Positions 18,630 to 26,326 of a stretch of 26,326 nucleotides of DNA are shown one piece after another. Position 1 is the stretch's first letter; each line of letters opens with the position of its first letter. The notes under the pieces are model-generated. The model did no database searches, had not been told where the DNA came from, and saw only the letters and a program-made list of their open reading frames with translations. The position numbers and the translations under genes are program-made. The stretch comes from Candidatus Odinarchaeota archaeon. GTDB lineage: Archaea > Asgardarchaeota > Lokiarchaeia > Sigyniarchaeales > SOKP01. Where the stretch lies: positions 1 to 26,326 of the forward strand of contig JBHLQA010000001.1 in NCBI GenBank assembly GCA_048885285.1. The letters run 5' to 3'.

Positions 18630-19403
18630 TCAAATTTCTGTTGAAGGTTGAATTGGGATAACAAATTTAATTCCATCTTTTTCAAACACTTCTACTTTTA
18701 CTCCATAGACGGTCTCAATATTTTCTTTACATATAATCTCTTGTCCTCCATTAGCAAACACTTTACCTTGATGGAGTATTATAAATTTATCACAATATCT
18801 TAGCGCAAGGTTGAGATCATGAATAGCAATAATAATAGATACTCCTTTTTCCTTGGTCTCCAATAATAAATCCAATACCTCAAGTTGATGCTTTAGATCA
18901 AGATTTGCGGTAGGTTCATCCAAAAGTAGAATTTTTGGTGATTGGACTAAAGCTCGGGCTATAGACACCTTCTGTCGCTCTCCACCACTCAGTTGATTGA
19001 TATCTCGTAAAGCGAAATCTCCCAAATTCAGTTTCTCAATCATGTTTGCCACAATTGCTTTATCTTCTTTTGTCTCCATCCATTTAATATGTGGTTTTCT
19101 TCCCATGAGCACAAATTCAAAAACATTGGTGGTAAAAACGTTATCATCCTTTTGGGGAACATAACCTATCAATTTAGCAATCTCCTGTCTATTTAAATCT
19201 TTTTGATTTTGATTCTGAATAAAAATAGTCCCTCCTTTTGGATGTAAAATTTTATCTATATTCCTTAGTAATGTACTTTTTCCAGAGCCATTTGGTCCCA
19301 CGATTCCCAAAAATTCGCCTTCTTCCAATCTAAAACTAATATCAATAAGTACAGGAAGCTTGTTATAAGAAAAATTTACATTCTTAGCGCGAAGAATCAC
19401 CAA
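18630..19403 (-). CDS. Iron-chelate/cobalamin ABC importer ATPase (FecE/BtuD-like)
   Basis: GPNGSGKST, YVPQ, LSGGERQKV, LLLDEPTANLDLKHQ, IHDLNLA. Confidence 0.93.
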   Translation of the reverse strand: MVILRAKNVNFSYNKLPVLIDISFRLEEGEFLGIVGPNGSGKSTLLRNIDKILHPKGGTIFIQNQNQKDLNRQEIAKLIGYVPQKDDNVFTTNVFEFVLMGRKPHIKWMETKEDKAIVANMIEKLNLGDFALRDINQLSGGERQKVSIARALVQSPKILLLDEPTANLDLKHQLEVLDLLLETKEKGVSIIIAIHDLNLALRYCDKFIILHQGKVFANGGQEIICKENIETVYGVKVEVFEKDGIKFVIPIQPSTEI

Positions 19404-20467
19404 AATCCCCTTTTTTCCTTTTTCAAAAGTAAATACAGAAACATGGGAGCACCCATAAATGATGTGAGTATTCCAATCGGCAATACAATAGGAGAGATAA
19501 TGGTACGTGCAATTGTGTCTGCTATGAGTAAAAACGCCCCCCCAAATATGCTTGAAGCGGGGATCAGATATCTCTCGTCTCCACCGATAATTCTGCGAAC
19601 TATATGGGGAACGACTAGCCCCACAAACGCAACCACGCCAAAAAATGCAGTTACAACTGATACGATGAGGGATGCAACAAGCATCCCCGTAATTCTTAAT
19701 CGTTCTGTATTAACGCCGAGACTTTCTGCAGTTTCATCTCCTGAATTTAGCGCATTATAATCCCAAGCATTTTTCAAGAAATAAAGAAAAGCTGGGAAGA
19801 TAACAATGCATAAAATAAGAAAATTATCCCAAGTAGACCGACTAAAATCCCCAAATGTCCAAAATATCACTGAAGCTATCTGTACATCACTGGCAAAATA
19901 CATTAAAGCTGTCGTCAGTGCACTAAATAATGAACCTAAAATAACTCCCGTGAGGATCATAGTTTCGGGTTTTGCACCTTTAAATTTAATTAAAAGTAAC
20001 ACCACACTGGTGCTTAGAAGCGAAGATAAGAATGCAAATATAGTCACCGAATATGGGTTATTAATCAATACGGCGTCACCCGAAAGGCTTTGAATGCTTC
20101 CAGCACCAAGTATAATAACTGCAAAAGCTACTCCAAATACTGCAGCCTGTGATATTCCCAAAGTAAAAGGAGATCCAATTGGGTTTCGCAAGATACTTTG
20201 CATACTCACTCCAGCTAATGATAATGCTACACCCGCTAATAGTGCTGAAAGCACCCTTGGCATTCTTATTCTCCAGATGATTATACCGTGTGTTCCATTT
20301 CCTCCTCCGAAAAATACTTTAATCACGTCAAAGAAGGAGATTTCAAAAGGTCCAAAACTTATTCCTATAAATATAAATATAATAGAAAAAAAAAGACTCA
20401 GGATAATAAAATATATCCTTCGTTTATTATAATTCTTATACTCTTTCAGGATGATTTCTGCCTTCAT
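19397..20467 (-). CDS. FecCD/BtuC-family permease
   Basis: IIWRIRMPRVL, MQSILRNPIGSPFTLGISQAA, GDETAESLGV, GVVAFVGLVVPHIVR, LPIGILTSFMGAPMF. Confidence 0.95.
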   Translation of the reverse strand: MKAEIILKEYKNYNKRRIYFIILSLFFSIIFIFIGISFGPFEISFFDVIKVFFGGGNGTHGIIIWRIRMPRVLSALLAGVALSLAGVSMQSILRNPIGSPFTLGISQAAVFGVAFAVIILGAGSIQSLSGDAVLINNPYSVTIFAFLSSLLSTSVVLLLIKFKGAKPETMILTGVILGSLFSALTTALMYFASDVQIASVIFWTFGDFSRSTWDNFLILCIVIFPAFLYFLKNAWDYNALNSGDETAESLGVNTERLRITGMLVASLIVSVVTAFFGVVAFVGLVVPHIVRRIIGGDERYLIPASSIFGGAFLLIADTIARTIISPIVLPIGILTSFMGAPMFLYLLLKKEKRGFW

Positions 20468-20500
20468 GTCTCTCCCAGATTAAACTTTTATTATCAGATA

Positions 20501-21670
20501 CTAAGTTGAGCCATAATCGTCTATTTCTGTTCGAGTAATATTATGAAAACCTCCATAGAAGTCGTTTTCTATATCCATGTATACACCTTTACCCACAAAT
20601 TTTTCATAAATATCATCGTATATCTTACCATTGGAGTAATTTAGATCGCTAAATTCTTCAGGAAAAAATCGCTTTCCTAAATAGTAGGCATCCGCAAACA
20701 CTGTACCAAGATTGGTTGTATAATAGTTATAGGGAAGTGTCATAATTGCGTGAGGGGGATTGTCTTGTATGCAATTTAAGAGACCTACACCCCCTGCTGA
20801 TTTATTTTGTAGATCTTGCAAGCATAATCCATATCCACCTGCATCAACTAGGATATAATCTAATTGATTTTGAGATTCCCATTGGAATAGTTGTTCCGTA
20901 TTTATGAAGGCATGTCCAGTACATCCTTCAATTAGGCTGGCAGTATTATTTCCGTTAATGTATTCTAAGGGCTCATATTGACAATCGGTTGATGCAATTC
21001 CATGGACTCCTTGGTGTCCTATTCCTCCCACGTAAATCCATTCGTTATCTCCAGGTGCGATGTTCTTAGTCCTATTACCTAAATCAGTTATTAATTGATT
21101 GATATAATTTTTTAATTCTATGGCTCGATCTTGTTTATCTAAGATATTTCCAAGAAGATCTAAGGAGTCGTAGAAGTAATCTAACTGTAAATCTCCGAAA
21201 TATTCCCCATAGCCTAATGCTACCACGGGAACTCCCGTTTGAACTTGCAAAGTATTAGCCTCTTCAATGGTTCCATAAGTTATAAAAATCATATCTGGTT
21301 TTTGCCCCAGAATGAGTTCAGGATCTCCTCCGAATTGCGGACCGATACTAGGCAGATTTGAGAGTTCGGGGTGTGCATAAAGATAAGGTCTACCGATTGA
21401 ACTTTGACTTAATCTCTCTATATCCTCTACTCCACAGACAAGATCCTCTGCACCTATATAGACTAATAATCTTAAACAACCAGGATTTACTCCTACTATT
21501 CTGTCAATATCAGCCGCTTGAGGAACCTTAATCTCTCTTCCCAAGAAGTCGGTTATTGTTCTATCTCCTTCAAATGTATTCAAATAGTAGCTAAAAATCA
21601 CAATACCCGAAATCATTCCAGCTAATGCAACAATAATAACAATACTTCCAATCTTTTTTTTATTTTGCAT
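20501..21670 (-). CDS. Membrane-anchored class III (BtuF/FepB-like) substrate-binding protein
   Basis: N-terminal TM anchor, RTITDFLGREIKVP...RIVG, PELILGQKPDMIF, EQLFQW...DYILVD. Confidence 0.88.
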   Translation of the reverse strand: MQNKKKIGSIVIIVALAGMISGIVIFSYYLNTFEGDRTITDFLGREIKVPQAADIDRIVGVNPGCLRLLVYIGAEDLVCGVEDIERLSQSSIGRPYLYAHPELSNLPSIGPQFGGDPELILGQKPDMIFITYGTIEEANTLQVQTGVPVVALGYGEYFGDLQLDYFYDSLDLLGNILDKQDRAIELKNYINQLITDLGNRTKNIAPGDNEWIYVGGIGHQGVHGIASTDCQYEPLEYINGNNTASLIEGCTGHAFINTEQLFQWESQNQLDYILVDAGGYGLCLQDLQNKSAGGVGLLNCIQDNPPHAIMTLPYNYYTTNLGTVFADAYYLGKRFFPEEFSDLNYSNGKIYDDIYEKFVGKGVYMDIENDFYGGFHNITRTEIDDYGST

Positions 21671-21861
21671 GTGGATAAATCACTTTTAAGCTTTTCATAA
21701 TAAATTATAAAAAAGTATGAAGTCTTATTAAAGTAACGTTTTTTTTAAACTACTGAAGATTAGATTCAAAATACGATTAAAGTCTGCTTTACTTAAATAT
21801 TTAATTAACTACATCCAGTAATTAGCTGAAAATCTTTGCATTTACGAGCAACAGCATTGTT

Positions 21862-21905
21862 CTAGTTGGATTCCTAAAATCTCAATCTATGGGTATTGAA
21901 ATTGA
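21862..21905 (+). pseudogene. Short remnant of a second ahcY 3' end
   Basis: Reads LVGFLKSQSMGIEI versus ahcY MVGILKLQSMGVEI (17561-17604); 34/44 nt identical by hand alignment. Confidence 0.7.
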
Positions 21906-21935
21906 AAATAATAATGTAAATTATTATTATTAAAT

Positions 21936-22045
21936 TAAATTATTATTTTGAACGTTTCTGTTTATTATTTCAAGATAGTATAATATAAAAATCCTAGTCC
22001 TCTTTGGGTTACTTTCCACCCACTTTCTGTATTCATTAGAAAAAA
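21936..22045 (+). repeat. Direct repeat copy 2 (overlaps 3' end of intact arsR-like gene)
   Basis: Matches 17806-17915 at 102/110 nt, offset 4130 bp. Confidence 0.92.
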
Positions 22046-22246
22046 TAATTGTTTTAGCATAGATAAATGATATTGTAATTGTTCCTCCTTTAATTGGAAC
22101 TTATCCTTTATTTCATCAAAAGACTTAGCATTAATATCTATAAGTTTTAAAAGATCCCGTCTTATTTTATTTGTCATTACTGAATAAAGATAATTATGTT
22201 CTTCCTTAGGATCAACATGCTTAGTTCTCTCTAAGTATTCATTCAT
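21965..22246 (-). CDS. ArsR-like winged helix-turn-helix protein
   Basis: VMTNKIRRDLLKLI...KSFDEIKDKFQLKEEQLQYHLSMLKQ...GWKVTQRG. Confidence 0.8.
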   Translation of the reverse strand: MNEYLERTKHVDPKEEHNYLYSVMTNKIRRDLLKLIDINAKSFDEIKDKFQLKEEQLQYHLSMLKQLFFLMNTESGWKVTQRGLGFLYYTILK

Positions 22247-22461
22247 TTCTTTTTCTTTTAATATACACTTTTCTAAAATAACACGACTTCCAATAAAAGT
22301 TGAATAATAAGATGAGTTTATTTATAATTCTTATATTGTATCAAAAAAGAGAAATTGTAAAGAAAAAGGGAATTTTGAGTTTTTTTTTAAATATTCTTTC
22401 AAAAATACCTTTATTTAATTCTACATATTTAATAATTAGAATTTAAAAACAAATATAAATC

Positions 22462-22751
22462 ATGAATGCTATTATTGAAAGAATTATTGAGCCTTCTGAC
22501 AAATTCACATTTTTAGTTGGGGCAGGAATTTCCATGGATACTCCAAGTAATGTACCCTCAGCTAAAAACTTTGTAGAGAGCGAAAAGCTAAATATCTTAG
22601 AAGCATGGGTATTTCTTATTATAGTTATACGGGAGATGGTGAAACGGCGATTGATATATTAAAAGAGGCTCAAGATATTTATAAAAGATTAGGTGATACT
22701 CCGACCAAAGAGGAAATTGAAAAGGATATTGAATATATTCAAAATGAATAA
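22462..22751 (+). pseudogene. Internally deleted SIR2-domain/TPR gene (SIR2 N-terminus joined out of frame to a terminal TPR-like helix pair)
   Basis: Frame 1: FTFLVGAGISMDTPSNVPSAKNF (SIR2 GAGIS motif). From 22578 another frame reads ERKAKYLRSMGISYYSYTGDGETAIDILKEAQDIYKRLGDTPTKEEIEKDIEYIQNE* (stop 22749-22751). Confidence 0.7.
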
Positions 22752-22954
22752 ACTATATCTTCTAAATGAACAACCAGATTCAAAGCTACTAAGAGGGCTA
22801 TAAAATATTTTTTCAATTTATGATATAATTTTCTTTTTGATTAATAAGACTTATTCTGTTTATAACCTTATTAAAAATGTTTTATTATTTGAATTATCAA
22901 GTATTTTTATTAATATAAAATACTGTTAATAACAAATCAATTATATTGTTAATT

Positions 22955-24109
22955 ATGTTTGATGTAGATGAGTGCATTAGATGTGGAATATGCTTAGAAA
23001 GTTGTCCTGTTATTGATTTAGATATTGATCAAGCTAAAGAAGAAATTGAAAATCTTATTGCTGGTTCGAGTTTTGTTGTTAACCAATGTGCAATTTGTGG
23101 AACATGTGACTTAAATTGTCCTAATGATTTAACTCCATCACATTTAATTAAAGAACTAAAATTAGCAAAAATAAAAGAATTAGAGGAAAATGGCAAAATT
23201 CGAAGATCAAGTAAATTTATATTCCCATATAATAAACCAAATGTTTATGATTTTTATGAAAAAGTAATGATGAGTCCTGAAGAAGCAAAAAATTTGGAAG
23301 AATGGAAATCACCTTCGAAATCTGAAGAGCTGGTTATATTGGGGTGCGCAATTTCGTATCTTATGCAATATTTATACAAAAATCCTACACTTGAAGGGTT
23401 ATTAGAAGGAAAGACTCTTGTAGGAGGTATTGATTTTTGTTGTGGCGAAGTTTATCATAGAGCGTGTATGCCTCTTCCGAATATTGACTTTGAAAATCAT
23501 TTATATTCTAGGTTTTCTAGCTTAGGAGCTAAACGATTAATTCTTTTTTGTAATGAATGCTATGAAGCTTATAAAACTGAATATAAAAGGATTTCTAATG
23601 ATTTTGAAATAATCTCAATTTGGGAATATATTGTCAGAGCAATTGAAACAGGAGACTTAAAAATAACAAATAAATTGAATCTTAAAGTCGCATTTCACGA
23701 TTCATGTGTTGTAAAAAAGTATCCTGAGTTATTGGATTATCCACGAAAAATTGTTGAATTAACAGGTTGTGAAATAATAGAATTAGAGCATAATCGTGAG
23801 AATGCGCTATGTTGCGGTTTATCTCTTAGTTTATTGGATCAAAAACTTATGGAAAAAATTCGAACGAAAAGATTTAGAGAATTTAAGAGAGCAAATACCG
23901 AATATATAATTAATACTTGCCCCGGGTGTATTTCTACTTTTGCATTTGATTATCGAATTCAAATGAAAAAATACAAGGTTTTATCTGTATTAGACCTCTT
24001 AAGGATGAGCTGTGGTGAAGAAATCAATTTATCAAAAAATGTAGAGGTTTTTAATGATATATTAAATACATCTATGGAGTTGTATAGAAAGAGAAAGATG
24101 CAAAAGTAA
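22955..24109 (+). CDS. Fe-S oxidoreductase with ferredoxin-like domain and two CCG domains (HdrD/GlpC-like)
   Basis: CIRCGICLESCP and CAICGTCDLNCP; LGCA...CCGE...CNEC; HDSC...CCG...CPGC. ATG at 22955 (TTG at 22946 is the alternative). Confidence 0.88.
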   Translation: MFDVDECIRCGICLESCPVIDLDIDQAKEEIENLIAGSSFVVNQCAICGTCDLNCPNDLTPSHLIKELKLAKIKELEENGKIRRSSKFIFPYNKPNVYDFYEKVMMSPEEAKNLEEWKSPSKSEELVILGCAISYLMQYLYKNPTLEGLLEGKTLVGGIDFCCGEVYHRACMPLPNIDFENHLYSRFSSLGAKRLILFCNECYEAYKTEYKRISNDFEIISIWEYIVRAIETGDLKITNKLNLKVAFHDSCVVKKYPELLDYPRKIVELTGCEIIELEHNRENALCCGLSLSLLDQKLMEKIRTKRFREFKRANTEYIINTCPGCISTFAFDYRIQMKKYKVLSVLDLLRMSCGEEINLSKNVEVFNDILNTSMELYRKRKMQK

Positions 24110-24174
24110 AATATTACTGAATCACTTTTTTAATTATAGTTAAATTCGTTATTATTTCTCTAGATTACTTAAAA

Positions 24175-24624
24175 TTATTTATTTTCCAATTTGATTTTTT
24201 TTCTATCTTCAACTTTAATTTCCATTACAATCTTACCAAATCCTCCACATCTTAAACCAACATCGGCTTTACAGTCAACACGTTTAAACATCATTTTATT
24301 AGAATCAACACCCGCATAATATAATTCATTTACAGCAAAGATTAAATGGTCTAATGCACTTAAAGCATAAATACAAATTTTTTTAGGACCATATTTTGTA
24401 AGTAATTGTCCAATTCCATTAAAATAAAATTTATCACCTACTTTATGTTGCGCAGTACAACCATGAGAGCAAACAACTTCGATTACAATAGTTCGGTCTA
24501 ATAGTTCCAATGATTTTGAAATTGCCTCTAAGTTTCTAGGATTTTCAAGTAAAGTTTGTAATTCCTCATCTGTATATCCATAATGTTCCTTAATATTATT
24601 CTTCATATCATCAGTTATTTTCAT
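24175..24624 (-). CDS. TIGR04076-like small Cys-containing protein
   Basis: IEVVCSHGCTAQHKVGDKF...KICIYALSAL...C...CGGFGKIVMEI; GAGGT SD-like motif just upstream of the ATG. Confidence 0.6.
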   Translation of the reverse strand: MKITDDMKNNIKEHYGYTDEELQTLLENPRNLEAISKSLELLDRTIVIEVVCSHGCTAQHKVGDKFYFNGIGQLLTKYGPKKICIYALSALDHLIFAVNELYYAGVDSNKMMFKRVDCKADVGLRCGGFGKIVMEIKVEDRKKIKLENK

Positions 24625-24782
24625 AATTAACCTCTCTTTTCGCTCAATAATCTTAACTTATTTAGTTTTACATAATATATTCTGTTTCAAAAAGATTTTC
24701 ATGAAATAGAAAACTAATTTTTATTGAAAAATAAAAGTTTTTAATATATAATAAAGAATAAAAATTACTCACTTATTGGAAA

Positions 24783-25808
24783 TTATATCTTAGGCTTTAA
24801 AATCTCCTCAGCACTAATATTATCTCCATAAACTTCATAAGCAAGACTTCTCAAACCATCTAATCCTATTGGTTCTTCTTTAAGTTTTTCTGATTGCCAG
24901 ATTTTTAATTTTTTAAATTCTTTTTTAATTGCGTTGGTATAGCTCAGTTGAAGGTTTCTAATTTTTTCGCAAAAATCACATTTTTTTGGTTCTGGGATAA
25001 TCATATTTATATGGATACCCTCTAATTTAATATAACGTTGTGTCAAATCTCTAGCTCTTTTAATCTCTTCAAAACTTGGTTTTTCAGCAATAGTTACTAG
25101 TCTAAGTGATCCAATGTTGTGAATTAGATCTGATATTCTTTCTCCGCGCTTTTCTAATTCAACAATCATATTGAAAATATCTTTCCCTAACTCTCTTCTT
25201 TCCTCATGGTCATCAAAAGGCTTAACTATATTTCTCCACATTTTTGAGAAATTTCGAATAGCACCTTTAATAGAATTATAGAAATTTAATGAGTATTTGA
25301 GTACTACTTTTACTTGATCTTCAGGTATCTCAAATAGTGTGATCATATTTGCAGTAGGGGGAAAATCCGCAATAATAATATCAAATTGAATATTTTGAGT
25401 ATTAATATCCTCAGCATCTAATATTTTTTGAAAAAACATAGCATTTTTTAAAGCCAATGGAATGGAATCAGCAGTAAATGTTTTATCTATAAATTTTTCA
25501 ATTTGAGGTAGCATTCCTACAAGTGGCATTTGTCTTGTAAGGGTTTTCATTTTTTCTATTAAATCCTTCGTATACTTCTTAGCATAACTATCCGCATCGG
25601 GTTCTATACCCCATAAATTTTTAGTTAATAACGTTAGTTTATTTCCAATTTTCAATTTGAATAAATCACTAAGATTATGTGCCATATCAAAAGAAATAAG
25701 TAAAATTTTTTTCTCAGGAAGTAGATCTGAAAGTAAAACAGCTGTAGCAGCGCTAATAGAACTCTTCCCTACTCCTCCTTTTCCTCCTAAAACAATGATT
25801 TTCTCCAT
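24783..25808 (-). CDS. Single-domain ArsA/Get3 (TRC40)-family ATPase
   Basis: GGKGGVGKSS, ISFDMAHNLSDLF, IADFPPTAN (canonical DTAPTGH), LVTIAEKPSFEE, INMII, CDFC. Confidence 0.85.
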   Translation of the reverse strand: MEKIIVLGGKGGVGKSSISAATAVLLSDLLPEKKILLISFDMAHNLSDLFKLKIGNKLTLLTKNLWGIEPDADSYAKKYTKDLIEKMKTLTRQMPLVGMLPQIEKFIDKTFTADSIPLALKNAMFFQKILDAEDINTQNIQFDIIIADFPPTANMITLFEIPEDQVKVVLKYSLNFYNSIKGAIRNFSKMWRNIVKPFDDHEERRELGKDIFNMIVELEKRGERISDLIHNIGSLRLVTIAEKPSFEEIKRARDLTQRYIKLEGIHINMIIPEPKKCDFCEKIRNLQLSYTNAIKKEFKKLKIWQSEKLKEEPIGLDGLRSLAYEVYGDNISAEEILKPKI

Positions 25809-26326
25809 ATTTTAAACTTGGTTTGAAACCTATAATTTATAATATCAAAAATAAAAATAACATAAAAAACTAACTAAATAGATAGACTAATCACGATATT
25901 TTTTTTTCCAATTAGCAAAAAAATAAATTGGTTAAATAATTTTTAGTAGATATAATAGTAAATGTTATCAAAATTATTTATTATATTATAAAATAATAAC
26001 CAATCATAATATTACATTTATATTATTAAATTCCTAAATAAAAGTATTAAAAATTTTCACCAATTAATTGAAACGATTAAGAAGTTAATAAAAATAAAAT
26101 AATAAAAGGTTCAATAAATCAAAATTACAAGTCAGAAACATAATTAAAAATAAGAAGTAGGCTTATAAATCAAGTTTAATAATAATTTATATTAATATCT
26201 TAAATGATAAAGTACTAAAGAATTCAATTAGAAAAAATTATAATGATATAATTTCTAATCCAATTTGCTAGATTCTACTTCTACGTAAAAAGACTTCCTT
26301 AATGTTTTGCTTTATTGAACAGATAA

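Noticed and set aside
3163-20509. Short antisense ORFs from the track (3163-3375, 6190-6498, 6544-6801, 9429-9647, 10929-11111, 18148-18366, 18427-18651, 19443-19760, 19806-20093, 20094-20432, 20288-20509)
   Set aside because: All lie opposite well-supported genes and show no recognisable motifs; they are typical shadow ORFs.
25809-26326. ~500 bp extremely AT-rich stretch as possible gene, origin or array
   Set aside because: The frames I translated are interrupted by frequent stops, and no periodic repeats or ORB-like GC motifs were seen. It is treated as intergenic, though context beyond the window is unknown.
1-26326. CRISPR array, tRNA, rRNA or transposase/integrase
   Set aside because: No regularly spaced repeats, cloverleaf with T-loop consensus, rRNA-like sequence or recombinase motifs were recognised by eye.

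Overview
A very AT-rich archaeal window whose gene content points to an Asgard archaeon of the Lokiarchaeia/Promethearchaeota type. The evidence is Roadblock/LC7 proteins, a uDENN/longin-like protein, tandem-domain Lrp/AsnC regulators, ribosomal protein S26e, TFB-Gar1 and ArcS/RaSEA. The lineage is inferred, not proven. Housekeeping genes (rps26e, CDP-alcohol phosphatidyltransferase, trmY, tfb, gar1, raSEA, arcS, ahcY) alternate with accessory and decaying loci. These include an ABC-2 exporter, a rearranged Co/Ni ECF transporter pseudogene pair, a collapsed SIR2-TPR gene and a remnant of a Loki-type LRR-protein N-terminus. A ~4.1 kb TsaA + Fe/cobalamin ABC importer block is bracketed by imperfect direct repeats of the ahcY and arsR-like 3' ends. 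The most novel-looking elements are (1) an unannotated, GC-enriched, multi-hairpin ncRNA candidate at ~8970-9235 with a K-turn/SECIS-core-like motif, (2) the flanking uDENN/longin + two Roadblock genes, (3) a PIN-TPR protein and (4) a divergent CxxC-containing Get3/ArsA ATPase. No tRNA, rRNA, CRISPR array or transposase was recognised. All calls come from motif reading; no database search or folding program was run.
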